From Parasitella parasitica NRRL 2501 (taxonomy: Eukaryota; Fungi; Mucoromycota): a stretch of 64,000 nucleotides of DNA. The first letter of the stretch is position 1; every line of letters starts with the position of its first letter. Below are positions 51,017-64,000 of the stretch, in pieces. Under the pieces are notes generated by a model. That model worked only from the letters and a program-made list of their open reading frames with translations. It had not been told where the DNA came from and did no database searches. A program made the translations under genes and the position numbers. The stretch lies in NCBI GenBank assembly GCA_025201805.1, contig MU619250.1:272425-336424 (forward strand), read 5' to 3'.

Positions 51017-52937
51017 TTACAATGCTCCAAGTACATCTATAAACTTATCATTTCTTCTGTGGTTGGAGGCTGCGTTGAAGCTCTGATTGCCATTCTGGAT
51101 CCCGTGTCTAAATCTATTTTGACTTTTGTTGTTCTTTAATTTGATCTTGATGGGAATTTGGAATACAGCAGCAGCAGCAGCAGCGGAAAAACTGTCATTC
51201 AGTGGAGGGTCAGTTTTGCTGTTGCACATATCCACGAAATTCATGTCAGTCTCTTCCAGCAGCTTGGCCGCACGCTCAAACTCAAATTGGATCCGATTCA
51301 GCCCTAGTTCACTGCATGATTGCCTATGTAGATGTTGAGAATGTTACGGAATATTGATTGTTCACCGTTCCAAGATCCTTACGCGACATTTTTATTCTGA
51401 ATGAATGGGTCCTGAACGACCATACTCTTTTTGAACCATTTGCGAGGGGGGTTTGGAACTTTGTTGGGAGCGTGACGAATCGACATGTGTGTGGTAAGGT
51501 TTTCTAGTTTGGAGGCCCATTTAAAAAAGGCAAGCATAACCTCACCTAGGTTGTCATGACAATATCCATCCCATTGGGTTTTGGCAAATCCTCGCTGCGC
51601 CGGTTCTTTGGGCATTTGATACTCGGATTCAGACACAACCTCGACACAATCGTGGTAACGGACTTGCTGATTTTCTACATAGTACCTCGTTTTGCCAAAC
51701 TTGCAATTTTTTCCATCACACACGTCAGAAGCACCCCTAAGCTCGTGCAGGTTGGGGATTATGGGGCAGCCGTAGTTGTGATTCATCAGATAGTATATCC
51801 CAAGAAGACAGTATGCATAGCTTGACAGGGTTCCACCTTGATCTATGATTTTGTAGAAATCCAACTGATTAAAATTCGTACAAGAAAGGGAGCTACGGAA
51901 ATGACAACTCACTGTCATTGATGTCTCTCTTTTTCACAAAGTACTTTAATGCGTATAGGAAAGGGCCCACACGTTTGTCCAGCTTTCTGTAATCGTCGAT
52001 CAACTGGCTGTTTTCCATGCCCAAAGAGCTAGACGCATTGATGTCGCAGTGGAGATTCGTCTCAGGGTCAGTGAATTTGCAGATGGGGACGCTTGCGTTT
52101 TGAATGGCAACAATGTCTATCATCCCAATTCTTTGCAACTCGTCTGCTAATGTGTGCATATTAAATACGCTGTTCTGCAGCCGTCGAAGGTTCTTCATAT
52201 TTTCCCGACCAGTATTGACGACTTGAGGAACGACAATAGCTAAATCCAAATCGCTGTCATCAGACGCCAAATGAGTTCTTGTAGACCTTTTTTTTTTGTT
52301 ATGCGGTTATTTTAAAGTTGGTATCCATGCAGCCATTAAATGTGCTTTACCCGAAATAATTCACTCTGAAGGACAAGTTAGGCCACGCATCCCGAATCAT
52401 TGCATTGATTTTGTTGATAACTGTGTTTCTGTCTCTCACCGTCTTTGGGGTCATTGCATTGTCCTATTTGTTTCAAATTAGTGCCGATTTTGCACAGACA
52501 TATTAGGGCACCACTCTAAATGTAACCTGATAAAACTTGAATAATTCGCTCTCCAACCGCAGACTGGCAGCCTTTTTGGCTTTGTGCTCATGCGAATCAA
52601 ACTTGTTGTGGTCAATCAGGAGAAACAAAGGGTCTGTAAAGCGGTATTCGTTGCATTCGTGCCCGTCAAAGCCATTGCGGTAGTAATCCTCTGCTTCCAC
52701 CAGGACAAAACAGCACGCAAAACGTCCGTAGAACGCGTTGAAGACGTACTCTGTTTCAAGACAGTAGTACATAAAGTAGCTAAAGCCACAAGCTCTCTCT
52801 ATTTCATCAAATTCGTCTGGATTTTCAAATCGCATGTCGTTTTCAAAGTCAAGCAGACGGACACATCGGTCTGGATTCCACTTTGCCTGCTGGTATAAAT
52901 CTTGTAAAATATTTAGGCAAAAGTTTAATGGAAGCAT
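51017..52937 (-). CDS. Cid1/PAPD-family terminal nucleotidyltransferase (non-canonical PAP/TUTase)
   Basis: Spliced NYFG|STRTHLASDDSDLDL, ASVPICKF..CDIN..LGMENSQLI, ALKYFVKKRDIND..GGTLSSYAY, VQDPFIQNKNVA. Confidence 0.9.
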
Positions 52938-53519
52938 CGTTTTCGTTTGGATCTTCTTGTGCTGTGTGAAATAAATTAATAGAGAGATAAGGCGAACTGC
53001 GTTATTACGGAAAAAGCACTGTTAGATTCAAGGTTTGAAACCCAATCAAGTAACACTCTATTTGTATCCAGCCTTTGACCTGAAATGATGCCATTTTAGC
53101 ATAAAGGGTCGTATGAAATTCAACAATCGCAGTTTCTTTGATAAATGAAATGAAAAATTCGCATCTTGTTGTACACAATGAAATAGCCGAAAAGCGTTAA
53201 TAAACAAAGCTGTATTCTGTTTGCTTTTGAGAATATGTGGATATGGCCAGAACGTTTAGGGTCAACTCGACTTACTAGAAGACAAGAGGCCAAAATTGGC
53301 TTTAGTGTTGTACATTTCTGCGATGAGGGGGGGGGGTGGATCTTTTTTTTTTCAAGAGATCCCAGTATTTACTCAAGTGTTGAATGCCATGGACCTTACA
53401 TGTCTATGATTCCTGTCAAATGTCAACATGATGGTATTCCCAACGTCACGCGTTTTCAAGTTACGCTGAAATGGTAAAAAACATCCCAAACTGCTTCTTG
53501 CTTTTGCTTTATCTTCTAC

Positions 53520-55716
53520 ATGTCTACTACCATCATCGATTTGAAAACTCAAAAATATGACCGTCAGCTTAGGTAGGTTTTATGTAGCCTGATTTGTGCG
53601 CTCTCATCTGATATCGAGTGCTTTAAACAGACTTTGGGCAGCAACAGGTCAACATGCTTTGGAGCACGCCCATATCTGTTTACTAAATGCAAGCTCTACT
53701 GGTTGCGAAATCATTAAAAATCTCGTTCTTCCTGGTAAGATGAGCTATTACTAATGAACTCTGAGCTTTTGTTGTTGTTTTCTTTTTATTTTTTAATCTT
53801 CTTTTGCGATCATAGGTGTCGGCAATGTGACAATCGTAGATGGCGACAAAACTGCATCAAAGGACATACGCAGCAATTTCTTTTTGGATTCCGAAAGCAT
53901 TGGACAATCCAAAGCCAAAGCCGCATCGGATTTGATCCAGGAATTAAATGAGGATGCCAATGTGAGATACGAGGAAAAGGTATGGGCGCTATGAAGCTAG
54001 AGAGCTTTGAGCAAGGATTGATATTTCTTTTTTGTCAATGTCTCTAGGATTCCAACGAATTGATCGAGAGCCAACCGGAATTCTTTGAGCCTTTTACAAT
54101 GATCATTGCAGTCAATTTACCAGAGAGTGACTTGATGAAACTGTCTACCTTATGTGCTGAATCAGGAAAGAGCTTGATAGCAGTAAAAAACAAGGGCCTT
54201 GTAGGCATGTTCACTATGCAAGCTCCAGAACACACAGGTACGTCGCTTGAGTCGAGCACCACATTTTTGCAAGTGCCTGATTTTGTGGGTTAGTCATCGA
54301 AGCGCACCCTGAAAACGCTCTTGACCTCCGCTTGTCATGCCCCTTCCAGCAACTGACCGACTACGTATCGACATTTGATCTGGATAAACTGGACCAAACC
54401 GACCACAGTCATGTTCCGTTCATTGTGGTTATATTAATATATGTGGAAGCATGGAAAGCAGAACATGACGGTCAAGCGCCACAGACCTACCAACAACGAC
54501 AGGAATTCCTCGAGAAATTAAGGGCGGCCATGCGAACACCGGACGAAGAGAATTTCGAAGAAGCCATTGCAAATGTCTGGAGACTTTCACCATCGAACCC
54601 TGTAAGCATATTGAAACCACTTGTCTCGCCGGAAAATGATCCACTGATGAATCTTTGACAGATTTCATCCGAGGTCCGTCAAATATTTGAGGACCCGTCT
54701 TGTCAGAGCGCACATGGCAACGTAAGTCTTTCCGCTGCTTTTTTGTAGGCGCATAAACTAAAACGATCAACCTTAAAAAAAGTCACCCTATTTTTGGATA
54801 TTGACCCGGGCAGTGCGGGAATTCGTTGAGAATGAAGGCGGGGGACAGCTTCCGTTGTCTGGTAAATTGCCCGACTTGAAGTCAGATACTTGCAACTACA
54901 TCAATCTGCAAAACGTGTAAGCAATCCTTTTGAATTTTTGCACATGTGTAAATAATCCATGTAATCTTAGTTACCGCGAAAAGGCTTTGTCTGATTTAAA
55001 TGCAATCAAAAAAAGAGTCAAGGCTTTGACTGAAGGCTCCGACACTCAAATCCCTGAGGAGACAGTTGAGCTCTTTTGTAAAAATGCAGCTCATATTAGA
55101 GTGATTCAGTACAAGCCCATGACAGAGAACCACATACAGCCTGATAAATTAGGTACGAAGCGCTCTTATCAGACCCAAGCCGTACTAAATCATATGTAAA
55201 CTCAGTCAACTTGATTAAGAATGAGGAAAACTTTTGCTATTGTTTCGTATACAAAGCAGCTGACAAATTCCAATCGGAATATGGCAGACCACCAGGTATG
55301 AATACGCCGAAAAAAACGCTCCAAATGAAACCAATGGGCTGACATTTTATACTGAAGCTTCTGATGCTGATTTTGACAAATTGAAGCACCAGGTACAATC
55401 ACTGATGGTAAGCATGGGTATCACGCCCACAGATGCAGAAGATCTTTTGTCAATCGATACTTTGGATAAAGTAATTACAAATTAGTAAGTTCACGCCCTG
55501 CTTGAAACCCCCCCCCCCTTCCCGCCTCCCTTCCAGATTAACATTGCAATTGGTAGCTTGCGATTCGGCGATTTAGAAACTGCCAACATGGCAGCTCTCG
55601 TGGGTGGGCTAGCGGCTCAAGAAGCGATCAAGCTGATAACTCGTCAATACATTCCACTCAACAATACCTGCGTTTTCAATGGAATTACATCTACCAGCAG
55701 TGTGTTTGAACTATAA
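53520..55716 (+). CDS. NAE1: NEDD8-activating enzyme E1 regulatory subunit
   Basis: KYDRQLR|[19 protein letters not shown]|[50 protein letters not shown]. Confidence 0.95.
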
Positions 55717-55989
55717 CAGGAAGAAAAAGAGAGAATAAATTTTTACAGTTTATAAAAGAGGAAGAGCAATAAGAAAAAAAAAAGAAACAAATGCTATAAT
55801 GAAATCACCTACAACAACTACAAAAAAAAGAAAACAAAAAAAAGGGTGTCTACTAATAGAATTAAAAAAGAGGAATGAAATACAAAAATACACTTAGAGA
55901 TGACACTCTAACGTAAAACCCTCTTTTTCTTTTTTTTTTTTTTCCAGTTATTTCTGATGCGTGCTGTGTAAAGTTAAAATCTGTGGGTG

Positions 55990-57697
55990 TTAAACAATGG
56001 CGGTCTCCATGCGAGCAGCAACACAAGCAGTAAGAGCAGCACCAACACCACTGCCATCTCTGGCAAGACCAAGACGAATAGTCTTGCGAATGTCAGCAAT
56101 CTCGGGCATCATTTCAGTGAGAGCTTCGTACATTCGAAGTTCAAAAGAGGGATAGAATTCATAAAGAGAGCCGTCAATACCAATATCGCAGCCATCAGCT
56201 TCAATACCACAGTGCTTGACAATGGCGGCAATGGAAGTGGCAGCCAGACGTGCAGCACGCTTACCGACAAGCTCGCAAATCTTCTTGATAAAACGAGCTT
56301 CAGTGGTAGTGACATCGTGCAAATTGAGGTTGGTATCCAAGATTTCCTTTGTGTTTGCAAAGTCGGCAGAGTTGTCAGACTCGATATTTGACATAAAGGC
56401 AGTTTCGAAAGACCAGTGTCTGGAAATCTCCTTGGACCATGCAAGCGAAGTGTTCTCATCACGCTTGAGCAAGAGCTCACGGTCAATCATATCAGTCAGT
56501 ACATTGCGAGTGATCTCACCGAGATACATGCCAGAAATCATCTTTTCATAGAGCTGAGCATGAGGATTGATAGATTCACGGTCCAGCTTGTTATCGAAAC
56601 GAGTCAAGGGAAGCATTTTGCGTTCATTATCAAAGGCGCCGAATTCCATGTTGATAATCATTTCGTCAGCAGTGGCCTTGGAGCCCTTCCACTTGGAGAT
56701 CTTGTCAAACTTTTCAATGTAAGCGCCGTTGGCACCAGTGCCCAAGATGAGACCAGCCAATGTCGAAGGCTTATTGTATGCATTTGACAAGAGGGTGCCT
56801 ACAGTATCGTTGACAAGAGCAGAGACCTTGACGGGAACATGCTTTCTCAACAGAGCGTCTTGCAACAACAAGACGGGATCCTTGCCCACAGCACCGGTAC
56901 AGGCAAAACCCTTGGTCCAAGTAGTTAGGACGCCACGATTGATCTGATATTGATAAGAGATGCTGTCAAATTAAAAGTCATCGTATTTCCTTTTTCAGCC
57001 AACTTACTCGAGACTGAAGGACAGGGAAGGAGAATGTATAACCCAAGTTGAGCTCGACTTCTTGGTCCTCGAGGCCTTGCTCTGTCAAGAAGGTATCGAC
57101 GCACTCGGCAATATAATCTATCAATATCAAAGGGAAAAAAAATAATAATAATAATAAAAAAAGCCATGTTAATTCGGAGTTCTCCAAGGTTTCATTTTGA
57201 TGATAATATAGTGTGATTGTTGGTTTTGGGGGGGGGGGGGAAGTCAATGGAAAATTAACGTACCACACAAGTTACGCATAGGACCAGTCTTCAACTCTTC
57301 GGATACTCTGGATTTAGACGATACTGTCTTGTATTTGCCTTGACCCTCCAGCGTAACAAGGACAACTCTCAGGTTGGTTCCGCCCAGATCAAGAGCAAGG
57401 AAATGTCCCTCCTCCTTGCCTAACAAAAAACAGCACACTTTTTAATGGACAATGCCGCCCAAAGTCCAATTGAAACTAACCTGTCAAACGGCCTTCAACA
57501 TAGGAAGGAATCATGGCAACGGTAGCACCCTCCTTCTGGAGACCCTTATCCATCTCTGTTATAAAGTGATCGCGAATTTGGTTGAGGTAGGCGGAATTAA
57601 CAGTGAATTGATCAATGATATCGCGCATGTAGGCTTCTTGCTCGGGTGTCCCGCCGAGCTCCGTAACTTCGTGAGCTTGAGGTGCTTTTGTAGACAT
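55990..57697 (-). CDS. Hexokinase
   Basis: MIPSYV, FLALDLGGTNLRV, LGYTFSFP, WTKGF, VNDTVGTL, ILGTGANGAY, INMEFGAFD, DGSGVGAA. Confidence 0.96.
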
Positions 57698-58539
57698 TTT
57701 TACCAGGTAATTTTTTATATTCGCGNNNNNNNNNNNNNNNNNNNNNNNNNNNNNNNNNNNNNNNNNNNNNNNNNNNNNNNNNNNNNNNNNNNNNNNNNNN
57801 NATGTCAATCAAATTGAATGCCAAGCGATGAAAAATTGGCGAATGTTGTTTGAGACACAATGATTTACCGCATGATATGGTATCAGTTGTGCCGTGTACT
57901 GATTATCCATATTATCCATTATATATGATTACGAAAGAAACACACTTGTACTACAGCTTCCTGAAGCCATGATAGGAGGAAGAGAAGCCACTTTTTAATG
58001 CGCCTCAAATGCTGGCCCCCCAAATAAATATGGACCTAAATCCTTGATCACCCAGATCTCTCATATAAACGTTTGTATTAAAACCAAGCTGAATACATGT
58101 TTTTTTTTGGTGGAGGATACATGGTAGCCCGGGCCTTTTTCGTATTGATTGTGCAGGCGAAAGTTCATTTCGTATGATTTTGGCCGTAGCCTGCATATAT
58201 TAATATTTTTGTGTCCAAAAAAAAAGCATCGAGATACCCCGTATCTATCGGTTTTACTTGAAGAGCTAGAGCATTATATACTATATGGCTGAAAGACTCT
58301 GCATTCTAATGTTTCATTCAGCACATATGATGTAGGCCGCCAGTAACTCTATTCAATGAAACGATACTATTAATATCGACCACCTTCACAAACAGCCCAA
58401 TCAACAAATGGGTTGAATTTTCTTTTTTTTTTTTTTTATTAAAGAAATATATACATGTCAAGTAAAGCCAAATAATTCAGCTTGAATTATATTAGTCTTT
58501 TAAAAAGGAAAAAAATATAACGCAGTTTAGTAATTAAAT

Positions 58540-59780
58540 TCAGAGGTAGTTGATGACAGATTCAGCAGGAACTTCAGCGTTAGGAAGGCCATTGGGATTC
58601 TTTTCCTGCCACTGCCATAGAGAAGCGCAGGCTTCTTCTAATGATTTCTCTGCCTTCCAGTTGAGCTCCTTGTTAGCCTTGGTAGGGTCAGCAGTTAGAT
58701 CAGGAACATCACCAGCACGGCGCCCGGCAATCGTGTAAGGCAGATCTCTTCCAACAGCAGCTATAAAAGCTTTGACCATTTCCAAGACTGTAGAGCCGAC
58801 ACCAGTTCCCAAATTATACTCCACACAGCCAGGATTAGTCTCGAGCTTCTTCAGAGCGGCCAGATGCCCTGTAGCCAAATCAACCACATGAATGTAATCT
58901 CTATATTGGAGGATTAAATCCACTATCCCATCCTATTTCACAGCCATAAACTTTACCTGATACATGTACCATCACGAGTGGGATAATCACTGCCAAAGAC
59001 AGACAAGTGATCAAGCTTACCGACAGCGACCTGAGCAAAGTAAGGCATCAAATTATTAGGAACACCAGTAGGATTCTCGCCCAAATCACCAGAGGGATGT
59101 GCACCTGCAGGGTTGAAGTAACGAAGAAGAGCGGCATTCCAGCCCTCTTCAGCGGTGCAGAGGTCGCGAATGATGTGTTCAACAAAGAGTTTGGTGCGGC
59201 CGTAAGGGCTTTTGGCGTCCTAAAAAAAGAAACAAGGTCAGCTTTATATTTAGAGGATCAAGCATCTTACTAAAGCAGCTTACTGTAGGGCTGGTTTCAG
59301 GGATGGGAATAACGGGGGGTTCACCGTAAACAGTTGCAGAAGACGAAAATACAATGTTCTTGATATTTGCTTCTTTCATAGCTTGCAGCAAGACGATAGT
59401 GCCAGTGATATTATTGTAGTAATAATCGAGGGGGATTCTGGTGGATTCGCCAACTGCCTTGAGGCCGGCAAAGTGGATGACAGATCCGATGGAATGACGC
59501 CTAAAGACTTCCAAAAGTGCCTTCTTGTCGAGAATGTCAGCCTTGTAGAAATGAGGCCTCTTCTTGGCAATCAACTCGATGCGATTAACAGCTTCATAAG
59601 AGGCATTGCAAAGATTATCGTAAATAACCACCTCTTTGCCAGCATTCAATAATTCGATAACGGTATGAGAACCTAAAAAGCATAAATGATGTTTATTACG
59701 ATTGCCTTTTTGGATACCGTGAATGAGAATTTACCAATGTAACCAGCACCACCAGTAACGAGAACAGCTTTTTGACTCAT
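58540..59780 (-). CDS. galE: UDP-glucose 4-epimerase (stand-alone, no mutarotase fusion)
   Basis: [11 protein letters not shown]|[44 protein letters not shown]. Confidence 0.96.
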
Positions 59781-60572
59781 GTTGTTTATGTTTGTAGTTT
59801 GTTTTTTCAACTCTTTGAAGGTATAAGGGGGATGAAAAAAAAAAAAAATAGAACAGGTAAATGAAAACTCGGGGTGTTTATATACCTTTGGATGTGTTGC
59901 TTGGCAACACAGCGCTTTCGGTCTCAGGTGGCAGGTTTCTTATGTAATCCGTGGACTCTTTCCAAACAAAGCAAATGCCATTTTTCATATCCCATTTCAT
60001 GGAGCACCTCTGATAATCATCTATCAAGTGTCAATGAGTATTACATGCCCATCTCTTTGAAGCTTTCTGCAGTAAAAGTCTGCACTAAGCGTGTGGCTGA
60101 ATCAATCAAAATCCACCACATAGCTTTGTGTAGCGTCTAAAAAGTTAAAAATAAAAAACGTGTATTGCAGGAAACTGGCGTAATACATTACATCCTAGAC
60201 ATTTGTCATTTTCATTGGTGACAAAATGACCAAGTGGCATTTTCCCCTGAGATAAAACAGTGTATCATGCTGGAAGATACGTAACTAATGGTTATTTGCT
60301 GTTCTATTTAGATGACTGTATACCCGCTATTACCCAAGACTTGTTTGTATATAATACTGCTTCTTTTCTTTGCCAGTGCACGGCTTAAATGTTCTTTATT
60401 TGGTAAAGTGTTTTATTAAGTAAGCAGCCATTTACAACGGAGATACTGACAGGTTCTGGATCTTCGGTTCCGTCTTGATTAAATAATCAACTATACTCCA
60501 ATGAAATGTATTAAATGTGGTAATTTTTTTTTTTTTTTTTTTTTTTTTTTTNNNNNNNNNNNNNNNNNNNNT

Positions 60573-63500
60573 TCAAACTGTTGATAACTCATTGCGATGT
60601 TGTTCTGCTAAAGATAATATCGACATGATGCTGTTTTGGTGTTCGACTGTCAAATCCTTGGTTAAATGGGCGTATAAATCAGGCTTGTTCTGCTGTACGT
60701 CTATATTTAAACAGGGCTGGTATTAGTGCCAATGCAAGCCATCTATGTGTATAAATATACATACCTCGGAAGATTTGTTCAAAACATTCATAAGGATCAA
60801 TCTCATCTAGTGGCGATTTGTACGAGATTTCTTCTTGGATCTCATCATCTGAACCCTCACCATTTTCCTGGATCTTTTGACTTGCCAAGAATTCCAAATA
60901 CTCGGCGTCCTCATCTTGGACATCACCATCTTTCAATTGCGTAAGTTTCCTATTGGTATTTGTATACATTGAGCTTCATTGGTCTACCTTCATCCTCCTC
61001 TTCATCGACTTCTTCATCTTCCTCTGCATCGTCCTGTTCTTGGTCTTCCTGCTCTTCTTCCTCATCATCTTGCTCACCCTCAGCAGCCTCTTCGCCTTGG
61101 GCGTCATTGTCATCTTCGTCATCCCCTCCTTCTTCGTCTTCTTCATCATCAGAATCCCCCTGGAGGGTTGTTTCTAGACTTTGTCGATCTGTGTAATCCG
61201 AGAAATTAAATGTCCATAAAAAATATATTATATAATCAGAACTTACGTTCAATGGCAACAGGCAAACTTTCAAATACGACAGACAAACTGGTCAAGATTT
61301 GGGGCCATCCAGATTGCAGAGAAACCGGTATACTGTCTGTTGGTAATGCCAATAAAGAGCACAGCGTAACAATGGCCAACTTCTTATCATGGACTCTATA
61401 TTCGGTGCAATGAACATCAAACAGAACTGATGCGCTCTGAATAAATACGAACCTTGAAAACTTGTCTAGGTTTGAAAACCATAGCGAGAAGAATCCTTGG
61501 CTCCATTGGTTTTGTTCCAGCACTTGTATTGTCAGAACAGGATTGTAATACAAGCAGTTGAGAACCTAGAAAACCGCTTTAAAAAAAAATGCTGCTATGG
61601 ATTCAGGTTTCGCCAGACACTTACAACTTCGATGCAGTAAACCTTGTATTCGGTTGATTTCATCTGTCCAGAAGTGATGTATGGAAACACCAAGTTCAAA
61701 AACGGTGCTATAAACTGAATCATTTTGCTGTTAGATGCCGTATCCATTCCAGACTTTTGTAAAGCAATTTACCACATCAACAGCTCCACGACAATGCAGC
61801 AATACAGACTCCATCAACTTGCAACCACATATACGGTCCTTTTCGTCCTGCTCGTCGCTTTTCATAACCCAATTAATCATATCAAATATCATCTGCTTCA
61901 CTTGCTCATTGGAAGTCAAGACGTCGTTACCATAGGCAACGAAATTATCCAACGAAGGCAGCATCCCCTGCAGGTATTGGCATCCTGATTCCTTGAATGA
62001 CCCATAGATTAATTCGAAGACCCCCCACATGGTAGGAGTTACAGTCTTTAAAGAGAATGTACATGATTCGATAATCTCGTATATTTCGTCGTAAAGATCA
62101 AATATGCGATGTTCCAATGTGTAAGTGATTACCGGCAGCAATGTGTGTTCTAGTTGCTGCAGAATGTCAGGAGTGCTTTCCAAGCTTAAGATTAGTGTTT
62201 CGATAGTTTTAAGCACACTCATAGCAGCCATTATCTTTTCGCCTGATTCGTCCGCGTTGCCGTCTTCGTATCCTCCACTGGATTGAGCGACTTCTTCCAT
62301 GATCCGCAAAAATGAATCGCGCAGTTGGGTACAGAGCTGGACTGCAAATGGAGTCAATTGCGTTGCAAATACTTCCACAAAGTTCTCCATTACGTTCGAA
62401 AGCTTATCAATGTCGACTTTGTTTGTCAGCTTGAGTAACTCTTGCATGATGAATGGCAGGCTGGGAATCATGGCTTCGTATACTGCAATGTTTCATAAGC
62501 AACGTGAACATTCATTTGCTACTTGAGGCATACATACCGCTTTCGTGTCTGATCATGTGCTGAAGGGCCAAAGCAGCTTGAACTCTGACTGGAAGCTCGG
62601 GATCTTGCAAACAAGCTAGGACATTTTGATACAAGATAGCAAGGTTCTAAAGGGAGGGGGGGGGGAAGATATTTTTTTCAATGAGCCCAGCATCAAGTGT
62701 GTACTTGTTGAATATCGTGTACCTGTTCGCTTGAGAAATCCAGATCGCTGAAATGTCTTGTAATATCGCATGCCTAACAAAGACGATGATTAGATATACA
62801 GTGCAACGCAGATATGTTTTATTGTCGCCTACTCTTGCACGTAAATACGGGAATCGACTGTTGAATTCGGGAAACACATGAGTTACAAAGAAGGTCTCCA
62901 TCATATCTGCCACCTCTGGTGAACTGGTCAAGATAATTGGAGCCAAGGCGCCAATCATACACAAAGCGCCGTCTTTATCTCGGCCATTCTTTTGATCCTC
63001 GGGCGTCTCCATGTAGCTGTTCAAAACTCCATTTATAAAACCCAAAATGTTCATAAAACTGTGCTTTTTACGATTGCTAGCTAAATCAATCAATAATGTA
63101 GTCGCATTATGCTGAGCTGAACGAATATCCTCGAAAGGATCTAATATGGCCATGTTTAAAAAACTGAATAAGCTTCTTTTTTCTTTGGCTACTTTACCAA
63201 TCTTTTTATGGACATAGTCCACTGCATCTTCAGTCCAAAGTTGATAGTCTTCATTAGAAAAGCATAGCTGTGGGAATAAGAATTGAGAAACCAGTGTTTC
63301 TGTATGAGGCTTGATGATTTGCCATGTAATTTTGTGCTTGATGCTGTCGTCGAAAAAGGCTGCTGACAAGGCCAAGCACCTGTTGGACAACCAGTGTTCA
63401 TTTTTTATCCAGCCATCAATTTGTTTCAAGTAGGTTTGTAAAATATTGGGTGCAAAGTTGGCAACAAATGATTTAGCAAAAGCAGTGTATTTTGTCAAGG

Positions 63501-64000
63501 TGGCAGGTAGCAAGGCAGGATTACCATACTTGCTAAATAGCTGATTAAGGCAGCAGTAGGCCCATTTTTTTGTCTTCCACCAAACGAACTTTTCCCTTTC
63601 TTCCAGATCAACCGGCTGAATCTCGTTGGGAATCTTCTTGTCTACCAATTGAAGGAACACTGTGCCCCAGCCAACAAGTGATGAGTGGTCTTGCAGGCAT
63701 TTCGGCAAGTCGACATGAATACTGGAGTGGTATATCTTTAGGGAAAGTTTCAGCATTTCGGCGGCTTCAGCTGTTTCTAGTTGCAGAAGTTTATTGCAAA
63801 TCTGCTGGATTGAGGGAAATGTGAGTTTGATAATTTGCTGCAAAGGCTCTCTTCGCTCGGTTGATTTCCATCTAATTGCGCACATGTTGGTACTTTCTTC
63901 TCTCATTGATCTTTTTTACACTTACTGATACACTTTGACTACCTCTCGAAGAGCAACTAAACCAACGTAAACAATCCGGATGTCATCTGAAGTAAGAAAC
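60573..64000 (-). CDS. Importin-7/8 (Nmd5/Sxm1-like), 5'-truncated by window edge
   Basis: [59 protein letters not shown], long acidic C-terminal tract. Confidence 0.92.

Overview
Gene-dense, intron-rich fungal DNA. Short ~50-80 nt introns, AT-rich intergenics and the gene content suggest Mucorales/Mucoromycota (inference). It is a draft assembly with five N gaps. About 25 mostly housekeeping genes are recognisable: DCTN6, rhomboid protease, DUF4211 protein, LITAF, Grx3/PICOT, mitochondrial uS17, LYRM2, glucosidase II alpha, DinB-family protein, an orphan secreted protein, kinesin-1, dymeclin, mitochondrial AAT, Fcp1, PMC1 Ca-ATPase, NDUFA4, PRRC2-like, MFS transporter, Ecm33-like, a Cid1-family nucleotidyltransferase, NAE1/Ula1, hexokinase, UDP-glucose 4-epimerase and importin-7/8. 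There is also a PD-(D/E)xK nuclease pseudogene. The standout is a 1837-bp TA-flanked Tc1/IS630-derived foldback element (39928-41764). It has two 765-bp near-identical inverted arms, each with a ~22-bp-period subterminal motif array, the D34E half of a transposase facing outward and the start of an unrelated small ORF facing inward. It sits right at the predicted poly(A) site of the PRRC2-like gene. Its 307-bp loop as assembled behaves as a base-by-base superposition of both loop orientations, so the loop was seen both ways in the assembly graph (unresolved, or genuinely invertible). Family assignments come from motif recognition only; no database searches were run, and exon boundaries were read by eye.
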